From an uncultured Pseudomonadota bacterium (GTDB taxonomy: Bacteria; Pseudomonadota; Gammaproteobacteria; Natronospirales; REEB76), in the NCBI GenBank assembly GCA_963817285.1, contig CAWFOE010000008.1:123577-187576 (forward strand): a stretch of DNA of 64,000 nt, written 5' to 3'. The position numbers and the translations under genes are program-made. The stretch's first letter is position 1. Every line of letters starts with the position of its first letter. Below are positions 33,871-42,366 of this stretch, one piece after another. Under the pieces are notes generated by a model. That model searched no databases. It saw only the letters and a program-made list of their open reading frames with translations, and was not told the DNA's origin.

Positions 33871-34146
33871 TTAGCCCTTCTTCTTCATAGGAGCGCCCGG
33901 GGTCAGGGAACCACCGGCGATCTTGCTGCACAGACCCTTCGGCAAGTTCACGAAGGCATCGGGCTGGCGGTCTTTCTCCGCGGTGCCGGCACAAGAATTG
34001 CTGGCAGTCTGGCAATCGTTCTTGGCGGCGGCGGCGACGCCGTAGCACTTCTCCTGGGCTACGGGCTTGTCAGCAGCCAGGGCAGATGCGGTGATCAGGG
34101 TGGCGGCGATGGCGGCACCGATAGCGAATTTGATGTCTTTATCCAT
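33871..34146 (-). CDS. DUF2282 4-Cys precursor peptide, BufA1-like, first copy
   Basis: Start at ATG 34146 (GGAGGA RBS upstream). Signal peptide 'MDKDIKFAIGAAIAATLITASALA|AD'. Core '[50 protein letters not shown]' with C-x10-C-x6-C-x20-C spacing. Confidence 0.85.
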   Translation of the reverse strand: MDKDIKFAIGAAIAATLITASALAADKPVAQEKCYGVAAAAKNDCQTASNSCAGTAEKDRQPDAFVNLPKGLCSKIAGGSLTPGAPMKKKG

Positions 34147-34491
34147 GAACCTATCCTCCAAAAGGGTTTGAAAACCGCAGGACTCACATATCAGGGTACT
34201 CGAAACTCGCGGCTCCGGAGGCACCCCAAAAGCCCGTCCCAATGCCTCTTAAGACCCGGTTTAGAGAGATTTGTTACGGTCATGAGGGGGTATGACGCGG
34301 ATTTTACTGGTAAAACACCCCGGACTCGTTATAATGCCCACGAGTTTGACGCGGCGCGACCCGGTCTCAAGTCCCGCAAACCTGTCTCGGCGTACCTCGT
34401 ACTTCCCGATTCCCCTTAGTAAAAAATCACTGCCTGGACCGGCACGACGCTCACTGAGTGTGAGCGCGAGCAGGCGGATCCAGGAGTAAAC

Positions 34492-35790
34492 ATGTCATTT
34501 TCGTCCCTCGGCCTTTCGGCCGAATTGCTGCGTGCTGTCACCGAACAGGGCTATACCGAGCCCACCCCCGTCCAGTCGCAAGCCATCCCCGTGGTCCTCA
34601 CCGGCCGCGACCTGCAAGCCGCCGCCCAGACGGGCACCGGCAAGACCGCCGGCTTCACCCTGCCGCTGTTGCAGCGCCTGCAGGCTGCCCCCGTCCCCCA
34701 GGCGCATAAGCGCCCGGTGCGCGTGCTCATCCTCACCCCCACCCGCGAACTCGCCGCCCAGGTGGGTGAGAGCGTGCCGACTTACGGCAAGTACCTGCGC
34801 TTCCAGTGCGTGACCATCTTCGGCGGTGTGAACATCAACCCGCAGATAGACAAGCTGCGCCGCGGCGTGGACATCGTCATCGCCACACCTGGCCGGCTCC
34901 TCGACCACGTGGAACAGCGGACCATCGACCTCTCCAGGGTAGAGATCCTAGTGCTGGACGAGGCGGACCGCATGCTGGACATGGGCTTCATTCGCGACAT
35001 CCGCCGCATCCTGACGCTACTACCCTCGGGCCGGCAGAACCTGATGTTCTCCGCCACCTTCTCCGATGACATCCGCAAGCTCGCGGGCGGCATCCTGCGT
35101 GATCCGGCCACAATCGACGTGGCACCGCGCAACTCCACCGCCGAGCGGGTGAGCCAGCGAGTCTATCCTGTGGATCAGCACCGCAAGCGCGTACTGCTGG
35201 CGCAGCTCATCAAGGAAGGCGATTGGAAACAGGTGCTGGTCTTCACCCGCACCAAGCACGGCGCCAACCGCTTGGCCGAACAGCTCGCCAAGGAAGGCAT
35301 CCAGTCGTCTGCCATCCACGGCAACAAGAGCCAGGGTGCCCGCACCCGTGCGCTCGCCGATTTCAAACAGAACCGGGTCCGGGTGCTGGTGGCGACGGAC
35401 ATCGCCGCCCGTGGCCTGGACATCGACCAGCTGCCCCACGTGGTGAACTACGAGTTGCCGAACGTGCCGGAAGATTACGTGCACCGCATCGGCCGCACCG
35501 GTCGTGCTGGTAGCTCGGGTGAAGCGGTGTCGCTGGTGGCCGGCCCCGAACGGAGCCTGCTGCGAGACATCGAACGCCTGCTCCGCCAGGAGATACCCCA
35601 GACGATAGTGCCGGGATTCGAGCCGGGCTCGGGTCCCGCGCCGGAAGCGGAGCAGCGTGAGCCCCGTCAGGGCCACGGACAGCGCCGCGGTCATGGCGGT
35701 GGTGGCGGACATCGCAGCGGCCATAGCCGCCCCGGTTCCCGCGACCATGGTCGTAGCAGCGGCCGTCAGCGCAGCAGTGGCAATCGCTAA
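34492..35790 (+). CDS. rhlE: ATP-dependent RNA helicase RhlE (DEAD-box)
   Basis: Q-motif 'GYTEPTPVQ', 'AQTGTGKT', 'PTRELA', 'DEAD', 'SAT', '[10 protein letters not shown]'. Basic Gly/Arg/His-rich tail. Confidence 0.9.
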   Translation: MSFSSLGLSAELLRAVTEQGYTEPTPVQSQAIPVVLTGRDLQAAAQTGTGKTAGFTLPLLQRLQAAPVPQAHKRPVRVLILTPTRELAAQVGESVPTYGKYLRFQCVTIFGGVNINPQIDKLRRGVDIVIATPGRLLDHVEQRTIDLSRVEILVLDEADRMLDMGFIRDIRRILTLLPSGRQNLMFSATFSDDIRKLAGGILRDPATIDVAPRNSTAERVSQRVYPVDQHRKRVLLAQLIKEGDWKQVLVFTRTKHGANRLAEQLAKEGIQSSAIHGNKSQGARTRALADFKQNRVRVLVATDIAARGLDIDQLPHVVNYELPNVPEDYVHRIGRTGRAGSSGEAVSLVAGPERSLLRDIERLLRQEIPQTIVPGFEPGSGPAPEAEQREPRQGHGQRRGHGGGGGHRSGHSRPGSRDHGRSSGRQRSSGNR

Positions 35791-35845
35791 AGACTGAATC
35801 CATCGAATCTGCACGAGTCCACGGACGGGCTTGTGCGGATATCTG

Positions 35846-36436
35846 TCAGCGGGATAGCCTGGCTTCCAAGCGGCTCTTCACTTCCGGCCATTCCTCATCG
35901 ATGACGCTGAAATACACGCTGTCGCGCATGCGCCCCGTGTGGGTCAGCACGTGGCGACGGAAGATACCTTCCTGTTTCGCCCCTATGCGCAGGATAGCCT
36001 CGCGTGATTGCTGGTTGAGCACGTCGGTCTTGAGCTCCACCCTGGCGCAGCCTAAGGTCTCGAAGGCGTAGCGGAACATCAGGTATTTCGCCTCGGTGTT
36101 CACCCGGCTGCGCTGCCAGGCTTGGCCTATCCAGGTGGCGCCTATCTCAAGACGCCTATTCTTCAGGTCCATGTTCATGTAGCGGGTGGAACCCACCACC
36201 TGGCCACTTGCCCGCAAGAGTGTGGCGAATGGCATGGCCGAGCCCCGCTCCTGATCATCCAAGACAGCCTGCACGTAGGCCCGCATCTCTGCAGGATCAC
36301 GCACCGGCGTCGGTATCCACTGCCAGAGTCTCGGATCCAGGCCCACGGCACAGAGTCCGTCCAGATGCGCGAGTGACAGGGGTTCGAGACGCACTTGGGC
36401 GCCTTCGAGGACGGGAGGGATGGGACGCCCACTCAT
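35846..36436 (-). CDS. GNAT family N-acetyltransferase (RimJ/RimL-like)
   Basis: Intact 196-aa ORF. 'RLEIGATWIGQAWQRSRVNTEAKYLMFRYAFETLGCARVELKTD..NQQSREAILRIGAKQEG'. Confidence 0.72.
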   Translation of the reverse strand: MSGRPIPPVLEGAQVRLEPLSLAHLDGLCAVGLDPRLWQWIPTPVRDPAEMRAYVQAVLDDQERGSAMPFATLLRASGQVVGSTRYMNMDLKNRRLEIGATWIGQAWQRSRVNTEAKYLMFRYAFETLGCARVELKTDVLNQQSREAILRIGAKQEGIFRRHVLTHTGRMRDSVYFSVIDEEWPEVKSRLEARLSR

Positions 36437-36466
36437 GTCAGGCAGATATCCAGCCGATGTACAGGG

Positions 36467-37123
36467 TCAGAAAAGCCCACCGGGCATCACTTTTTGAGAG
36501 GTGAAATCCGCGAGGTCTTTCTCGTTGCTGAGACAGATGCCGATCTCTTTCAGCAAGCCGCTCTGCAGGCGATAGGCCCAGCCATGCAGGGTGAGCGGCT
36601 GACCACGCCGCCAAGCGTCTTGCACGATGGTGGTACGCGCCACATGCAGAGTCTGCTCGATCACATTCAGTTCACAGAGGCGGTCCACCCGCGTCTCCTC
36701 GTCTGGCCGGGCGGCGATGTCATCGGAGTATTTCTCAGCTACGTCTTTCACATGCCTGAGCCAGTTGTCGATGAGACCCAGGGAAGCACCACGCCAGGCG
36801 GCCTGCACACCGCCGCAGCCGTAATGGCCGCAGACGATGACGTGCTCCACCTTGAGCACATCCACCGCATACTGCAGCACTGACAAGCAATTGAGGTCGC
36901 TATGCACTACCACGTTGGCCACGTTGCGGTGCACGAAGACTTCGCCGGGCATGAGGCCGACGATCTCATTAGCCGGCACGCGGCTGTCGGCACAGCCTAT
37001 CCAGAGGTAGCGCGGCGACTGTTGCTGGGCCAGGCGCTTGAAGAAATCCGGCTGCTCGCGATTGACGCCTTCGGCCCAGGCGCGATTGTTGTCGAAGAGT
37101 TCCGGGAGTTTTTGCATGTTCAT
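36467..37123 (-). CDS. can: Beta-class carbonic anhydrase
   Basis: 'LWIGCADSRVPANEI', 'GEVFVHRNVANVV', 'HVIVCGHYGCGGV'. Confidence 0.88.
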   Translation of the reverse strand: MNMQKLPELFDNNRAWAEGVNREQPDFFKRLAQQQSPRYLWIGCADSRVPANEIVGLMPGEVFVHRNVANVVVHSDLNCLSVLQYAVDVLKVEHVIVCGHYGCGGVQAAWRGASLGLIDNWLRHVKDVAEKYSDDIAARPDEETRVDRLCELNVIEQTLHVARTTIVQDAWRRGQPLTLHGWAYRLQSGLLKEIGICLSNEKDLADFTSQKVMPGGLF

Positions 37124-37145
37124 CCCCGTGCAGCAGTCGCATAAG

Positions 37146-37883
37146 TCATTGGTAAGCCGCAGCCCCGGCAGCGTAACTGAAAGAACCCAGGAAAGCAGTG
37201 GCCCGGCTATCGGTCGCCAGCGCCTTCTCTATCTCATCGGCCCCGGGTGCTGGAGCGGCTCCTGCGGGCATTGGTGCGCAGACACCACAATCTTGGGGCC
37301 ATTCCGCCCACAACATGGCCACCTTGCCGTTCTTCGCCGTGACGTACATGAGTATATAGGCGGTGTAGTCCTCTGCGAGTCCCGGACCCTGCATGATGTC
37401 CAGAGACAGGGTCTCGGTGGGAACCTTCTGGGTATAGAACCTCAACAAGCCCTGGGTGCCACCTAGTTGCCAGGATCTCTCCTGTTGCAATTCCATGGGG
37501 GTTGCCCGCGCCGCCATCAGCTGTCGGCCGTATACCTGCAAGACTGAATCCGCCACCTGATCCATATCCGGCACTTTATGGTTGGAAGCGAAGAAATCCT
37601 CGGTATAAGCCCGGTAATACTCCCCGGGATTAAAGGGCGACATGAAAGCCACGTAGGAGATGTTCGCCGGATAATTCTCCTCCAGCTGCACATAGCGGTA
37701 ATCATCGGCGCCTTGCCGGAGCGGGATGCTGACCGTGAACCAGCCCCGCTTATCGTGGAATACACCCGCGCTGACGCTGCCCTGGAGCGCCCCAGAGATG
37801 ACCACAGGCCCGCTAGATTGCGGTGCATCGGCACAGGCTCCGACGAGTACGGTGATAGCGAAGACGTAAGCGATCTTATTCAA
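37146..37883 (-). CDS. Hypothetical lipoprotein
   Basis: TTG start overlapping the DUF1272 stop (TTGA). Lipobox 'FAITVLVGAC'. Intact 245-aa ORF. No family recognised. Confidence 0.5.
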   Translation of the reverse strand: MNKIAYVFAITVLVGACADAPQSSGPVVISGALQGSVSAGVFHDKRGWFTVSIPLRQGADDYRYVQLEENYPANISYVAFMSPFNPGEYYRAYTEDFFASNHKVPDMDQVADSVLQVYGRQLMAARATPMELQQERSWQLGGTQGLLRFYTQKVPTETLSLDIMQGPGLAEDYTAYILMYVTAKNGKVAMLWAEWPQDCGVCAPMPAGAAPAPGADEIEKALATDSRATAFLGSFSYAAGAAAYQ

Positions 37884-38128
37884 GAAGCCTCACCTGCACA
37901 CTTGGAGTTATGGACACGCTTCAGAGAGGCAGGATGTCTCTGCAATGACGAACCGGTGCGGGTCGGGCGTCGGGTCAAGTCGCCGCCACAGTTGGGGCAG
38001 ACGTTGCCGAACCGCGTCCGCGCGCAGTCCTCGCAGAAGGTGCACTCGAAGCTGCAGATCATGGCCACAGAAGAATCCGGCGGCAGATCCCGATCGCAGC
38101 ATTCACAGTTGGGTCGCATCTCCAGCAT
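37880..38128 (-). CDS. DUF1272 zinc-ribbon protein
   Basis: Start taken at ATG 38128. 'MLEMRPNCECCDRDLPPDSSVAMICSFECTFCEDCARTRFGNVCPNCGGDLTRRP'. Confidence 0.7.
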   Translation of the reverse strand: MLEMRPNCECCDRDLPPDSSVAMICSFECTFCEDCARTRFGNVCPNCGGDLTRRPTRTGSSLQRHPASLKRVHNSKCAGEAS

Positions 38129-38145
38129 GGTCCATGCCTCTCGCA

Positions 38146-38760
38146 TCAACCGGACGGCGGTTTGGCAGCAGTCGGCGTCTGGGCCGTGACTGCAGCCGGT
38201 GCAGTCGTCGAAGACGGCGCCAGGAAGATCGGCGCTGGCGGCGTGAGATCCGTGCCATAGAGCCGGTTCAGGCAACGCATGTCCTGAGTGGGATACTCCA
38301 CGAACACGTTATGGGCCGGATCGTATGCCCAGGCAGCGGGGATGCTGTCGAACCATTCTTTGGTATGGTCGTAGTTCACCACCGCCACCACCCGGGACAT
38401 GAACCCGCCGTGCTCCTTGCAGATGCCCATCACCAGTATCTGGTCGTACAGGAGCAACGGGATGCGCTGCACCGCCTGCACCCGCCATGACTGGATCAGG
38501 CCACCTGGTGTGACATTCCGATCTGCGCTCAGGAGGTAATGATCCCCCTCCCACACCAGGGAAAACCCCCAGTCGGCATTGGGATGGGTGGAGTCCACCT
38601 GGATGAGGGCCTGGTCCACCAGCTGGAATGCAGGGAAGACCATATGGGGATCCTTGCCTACATACTGGTTCACATCCCGTGAGACACAGCCAGAGGCCAG
38701 CAGCAGGAGGCCGCAGACGGCGAACAATGATGCATCAGGATGACGGCGAGGGCTTTTCAC
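38146..38760 (-). CDS. Hypothetical lipoprotein with Pro/Ala/Thr-rich C-terminus
   Basis: Lipobox 'LLLLASGC'. Intact 204-aa ORF. Tail 'TPPAPIFLAPSSTTAPAAVTAQTPTAAKPPSG'. Confidence 0.5.
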   Translation of the reverse strand: MKSPRRHPDASLFAVCGLLLLASGCVSRDVNQYVGKDPHMVFPAFQLVDQALIQVDSTHPNADWGFSLVWEGDHYLLSADRNVTPGGLIQSWRVQAVQRIPLLLYDQILVMGICKEHGGFMSRVVAVVNYDHTKEWFDSIPAAWAYDPAHNVFVEYPTQDMRCLNRLYGTDLTPPAPIFLAPSSTTAPAAVTAQTPTAAKPPSG

Positions 38761-38793
38761 GGACTTATTCTAACGTGCGAGGCCTGCTTGCGC

Positions 38794-38958
38794 TTGACAG
38801 CCTGTGGTCAAAGGTTAGGATAGCGACTCACGAAACAGAGACACCCATGGCTTACAGTCTTCATAACCTCCAGCAACAGTCCCGCCGACAACCCGGGTTG
38901 GACTGAACGCGCCTCTGCGCGATGTTTTCAGGAAACCCGCTCTCACAGCGGGTTTTTT
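38794..38958 (+). promoter_or_regulatory. Candidate promoter plus terminator-containing leader (attenuator/riboswitch or small RNA) upstream of the LysE-family gene
   Basis: TTGACA (38794-38799), 16-nt spacer, TAGGAT (38816-38821). GC hairpin cgcgc/gcgcg followed by TTTT near 38906-38927. Strong hairpin acccgct/agcgggt (38935-38953) followed by a T6 run (38953-38958). Then GGAGG and ATG 38979. Confidence 0.45.
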
Positions 38959-38978
38959 ATCATCTGGAGGTCAGGAAA

Positions 38979-39602
38979 ATGGTCGTCGAAGTCTTTGCAC
39001 GTGGACTCATCATCGGTTTCTCTATGGCCGCTCCCGTCGGCCCGATCGGAATGCTGGTCATCCGCCGTACCCTCGCGGGAGGACGTCTCCTCGGGCTCTG
39101 CACCGGCATGGGTGCCGCGGTGGCGGATACGCTCTATGGCTGTGTGGGAGCCTTCGGCCTGACATTCATATCGAGCTTCCTCATGGGTCATGCCTTCTGG
39201 ACCAAGCTCGTGGGTGGCCTGTTCCTGTGCTATCTCGGCATCGGTACCTGCTGGGCAAAACCCACGCAGGGTGAAGGGACGCTTTCCCATGTGCGCTATG
39301 CAGGAGCGCTCTTCTCTACCGTGCTGCTGACGCTGGCCAACCCGGTGACCATCCTGTCTTTCATGGCGATCTTCGCAGGGTTGGGCTTGGGTACGGGAAA
39401 CGGCGGGTATGCAGCCGCCGGCGTGGTGGTGGCAGGCATATTCCTGGGCTCGACGCTCTGGTGGGTGATCCTGTCGGAAGGGGTGTCGCGGGTGAGGCAC
39501 CGGTTATCGCCATCCACACTGACATGGATAAACCGGGGTTCCGGTGCATTCCTTTTCTTGTTCGGTGTCTGGGCTATCTCAGGGGTGGTCTGGGATGCAT
39601 GA
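38979..39602 (+). CDS. LysE/RhtB family amino-acid exporter
   Basis: Start at the internal ATG behind GGAGG. 'GLIIGFSMAAPVGPIGMLVIRRTL'. Six hydrophobic segments. Confidence 0.8.
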   Translation: MVVEVFARGLIIGFSMAAPVGPIGMLVIRRTLAGGRLLGLCTGMGAAVADTLYGCVGAFGLTFISSFLMGHAFWTKLVGGLFLCYLGIGTCWAKPTQGEGTLSHVRYAGALFSTVLLTLANPVTILSFMAIFAGLGLGTGNGGYAAAGVVVAGIFLGSTLWWVILSEGVSRVRHRLSPSTLTWINRGSGAFLFLFGVWAISGVVWDA

Positions 39603-39615
39603 CCGGCCGGCTTCT

Positions 39616-40140
39616 TCAGTCGCCCGCATCGTCGTGTGAGGACTTCATGAGAGTGTCGGTCGCTTCGGTGCAGTCTTGCAGGTTGAAGAACCCACGCCGG
39701 TCGTGCACCACTGCGATATCCGTGCAGCGTTTCGCGTTGAAGCTGTATTGCAGGTCCGCCGATTTGCTCATGATCTTGTCGATAGGAGCATAGAACTCCA
39801 GGGCCCATAGCTGCCCGTCCGGTGCGCGGACGGCGCCCTTGCAGTAGCCGAAGAATTTGTCGGCATTCTGGAAACCGAACCGAAAGGTCTGGCCGCTGGC
39901 CACCGCGGATTTTGCGCAGTCCATTATGTTCAGGAAATCCTTGTCGGAAGCGCTCAAGGCAAGGAAGCCACAGTCCACGGGAGATGGGCCAGGCAATGAC
40001 TGGATGACCTCCCGCATGGCGCCTTTGCAGGCATCGTCCCAGGTGCTCGCGTTCAAAGCCGTGATCGAGCTGCCGAGGCTGCCGCATCCAGCGCAGATGA
40101 CCGTTGTGATCAGTAGAGCTCTTTGGAAAGCACGTTTCAT
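39616..40140 (-). CDS. Hypothetical Cys-rich lipoprotein
   Basis: Start taken at 'MKRAFQRALLITTVICAGC' (lipobox). 174 aa. No family recognised. Confidence 0.5.
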   Translation of the reverse strand: MKRAFQRALLITTVICAGCGSLGSSITALNASTWDDACKGAMREVIQSLPGPSPVDCGFLALSASDKDFLNIMDCAKSAVASGQTFRFGFQNADKFFGYCKGAVRAPDGQLWALEFYAPIDKIMSKSADLQYSFNAKRCTDIAVVHDRRGFFNLQDCTEATDTLMKSSHDDAGD

Positions 40141-40147
40141 CGTGAAC

Positions 40148-41935
40148 TCACTTCGGACGTTTGGGTGCATAGAGGTCCGTCACCGTCCCTTCGAACACTT
40201 CCGCCGCCAACATCACGCTCTCGTTGAGAGTCGGATGGGGATGGATGGTGAGGGCGATGTCTTCCGCATTGGCCCCCATCTCGATGGCCAGCGCCAACTC
40301 TCCGATGAGCTCACCGGCGTTCACGCCCACGGTGGCAGCACCGATGAGGCGATCGCTGCCTTCCTCGAACAAGAGCTTGGTCATGCCATCGGTGCGGTCG
40401 ATGGAACGTGCCCTGCCTGAAGCCACCCAGGGGAACACGCCTTTGCCGTATCTGATGCCCTGGGCGTTCGCTTCCAGTTCCGTCAGACCCACCCAAGCCA
40501 CTTCGGGGTCGGTATAAGCCACGGAGGGGATCACGCGCGCATCGAAGAAGCGTTTATGCCCCGCCGCCACTTCCGCAGCGATATGACCCTCGTGGCTCGC
40601 CTTGTGAGCCAGCATGGGATTGCCGATGACATCGCCGATGGCGAAGATGTTGCCTGCGCTGGTGCGCATCTGCCGGTCCACGGGGATGAAGCCCCGCTCG
40701 TCCACTGTGACACCCGCCTTCTCCGCATCCAGCAGTTTGCCGTTGGGTCGGCGGCCCACGGCCACCAGTACACGACCATAGGTCTGGGGTTCAGGTGCAT
40801 TGGCACCCTCGAAGCTCGCCTTGATGCCCTGCTTCGTGGCTTCCAGCTTCGCTACCTTCACGCCAAGCAATATCTGCTCATAGCGCTTCTTGATGCGCTG
40901 CTCCAGAGGGCGCACCACATCCCGGTCTGCGCCGGGGATGAGGGTCTCGGTCAGTTCGACCACCGTGACCTTGACGCCCAGTGCGTCATACACACAGGCC
41001 ATCTCCAGGCCGATGATGCCGCCGCCGATCACCAGCATGCGTTCCGGCAGCTCGGCGAGCTCCAGCGCACCTGTGGAATCCATGATGCGCGGGTCATCCG
41101 GCAGACCCGGGATGCGGGTGACGGAACTCCCGGCGGCGATGATGCATTGCTCAAACTTGATGACAGTCTTCTTGCCATCCTGCTCTGTGGCCAGGTGATG
41201 GGGTCCCAGGAATTTGCCGTAACCCTGCACCACCTGCACCTTGCGCTGCTTGGCCAGCATGGTGAGGCCATCCACGGATTTCTTCACCACCTTGTTCTTG
41301 AAGCCTCTGAGCTTATCCAGCTCGATCTTGGGCTTGGCGAACACCAGACCATTCTCAGCCATGGCTTCCGCATCTTCGATGACCTTGGCTGCATGCAACA
41401 GGGCCTTGGAAGGGATGCAGCCCACGTTGAGACAGACACCGCCCAAGACGGCATATCTTTCCACCAGTACCGTCTGCAGACCCAGATCAGCGGCACGGAA
41501 TGCAGCTGCATAGCCGCCGGGACCGGAACCCAGCACCACCATCTGACATTCGATGTCGTGGGGACCTTTGTATTCCGGCACGTTTGCCGCCGGTACAGGC
41601 GTGGCTTTAGGAGCCTCAGCCCTGGTAGCTTGTGGAGCCGGTGCCACCGCTGCTTTCTGCGCAGCAGTCTTGGGCGCAGCAGCGGCAGCGCCCTCTTCCA
41701 CTTCCAGCGTCAGGACCAGGGTGCCTTCAGAAGCCTTATCGCCCTTCTTGAGCTTCAATTCCTTCACGATGCCGGCCTGGGGCGACGGCACATCCATGGC
41801 AGCTTTGTCGGTCTCCAGGGTCACGAGACCCTGTTCTTTCTCTACCTTGTCACCCGATTTCACCATCACTTCGATGACGTCCACGTCCTTGAAGCCGCCG
41901 ATGTCCGGGACTTTGATCTCGATGACTTTTGCCAT
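40148..41935 (-). CDS. lpdA: Dihydrolipoyl dehydrogenase (E3) with N-terminal lipoyl domain
   Basis: Lipoyl motif 'LVTLETDKAAMDVPSP', FAD 'VVLGSGPGGYAAAFRAAD', redox 'GGVCLNVGCIPSK', 'HAHPTL'-like 'IHPHPTLNE'. Confidence 0.92.
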   Translation of the reverse strand: MAKVIEIKVPDIGGFKDVDVIEVMVKSGDKVEKEQGLVTLETDKAAMDVPSPQAGIVKELKLKKGDKASEGTLVLTLEVEEGAAAAAPKTAAQKAAVAPAPQATRAEAPKATPVPAANVPEYKGPHDIECQMVVLGSGPGGYAAAFRAADLGLQTVLVERYAVLGGVCLNVGCIPSKALLHAAKVIEDAEAMAENGLVFAKPKIELDKLRGFKNKVVKKSVDGLTMLAKQRKVQVVQGYGKFLGPHHLATEQDGKKTVIKFEQCIIAAGSSVTRIPGLPDDPRIMDSTGALELAELPERMLVIGGGIIGLEMACVYDALGVKVTVVELTETLIPGADRDVVRPLEQRIKKRYEQILLGVKVAKLEATKQGIKASFEGANAPEPQTYGRVLVAVGRRPNGKLLDAEKAGVTVDERGFIPVDRQMRTSAGNIFAIGDVIGNPMLAHKASHEGHIAAEVAAGHKRFFDARVIPSVAYTDPEVAWVGLTELEANAQGIRYGKGVFPWVASGRARSIDRTDGMTKLLFEEGSDRLIGAATVGVNAGELIGELALAIEMGANAEDIALTIHPHPTLNESVMLAAEVFEGTVTDLYAPKRPK

Positions 41936-41962
41936 GGTATCTCTCGGGGTCTTTAAGCCGGG

Positions 41963-42343
41963 TCAATCCCAGCGGTTAGCATTCTTGGGGAAACCGGGGC
42001 GCTGTACACGCACCACACAGAAGCGCTGACCCGTGGGAGCTTCCATCACCACCCAGCGGGGTAATTCCTTGAATACCTTGGCACCCAGCTTGGTGAGGCG
42101 GGCTACTTCGGCAGGGATGTCGTCGGTCTCGATGTCGATATGGACCCGACTCTCATGCTCCACACGCTGCACTTGCACGATGAGCTCATCGGGCGGTGTC
42201 TCCAGCATGCGGTAGTGGTCACGGCTGCCTGGGTGAGCGAGATCCACAGGCCTACCCAAGGCCGCGCCCCAGAAGCGGGCAGCGTCGTCCACGTCGCCAC
42301 CCTGGCAATCGATCAGGACGGCACAGAGTCGAGAGTGATGCAT
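41963..42343 (-). CDS. VOC (glyoxalase/bleomycin-resistance fold) family protein
   Basis: Intact 126-aa ORF. 'RVHIDIETDDIPAEVARLTKLGA' pattern. Lies between aceF and lpdA. Confidence 0.65.
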   Translation of the reverse strand: MHHSRLCAVLIDCQGGDVDDAARFWGAALGRPVDLAHPGSRDHYRMLETPPDELIVQVQRVEHESRVHIDIETDDIPAEVARLTKLGAKVFKELPRWVVMEAPTGQRFCVVRVQRPGFPKNANRWD

Positions 42344-42366
42344 GGCTCAACCCTCACACATAGATA

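Noticed and set aside
38847-38906. 19-codon uORF in the LysE leader as a classical amino-acid attenuation leader peptide
   Set aside because: It has a weak or no Shine-Dalgarno and no run of any single regulatory amino-acid codon. It is kept only as a remark inside the leader finding.
40556-41956. 466-aa plus-strand ORF antisense to lpdA, and similar long antisense or off-frame ORFs (e.g. 48568..49626, 50623..51492, 45100..45975, 43297..44133, 35020..35814, 16482..17390, 10534..11241)
   Set aside because: All lie opposite or out of frame to well-supported genes. They have His/Arg/Gly/Asp-rich low-complexity composition and no recognisable motifs. Such ORFs are expected from the scarcity of stop codons in GC-rich DNA.
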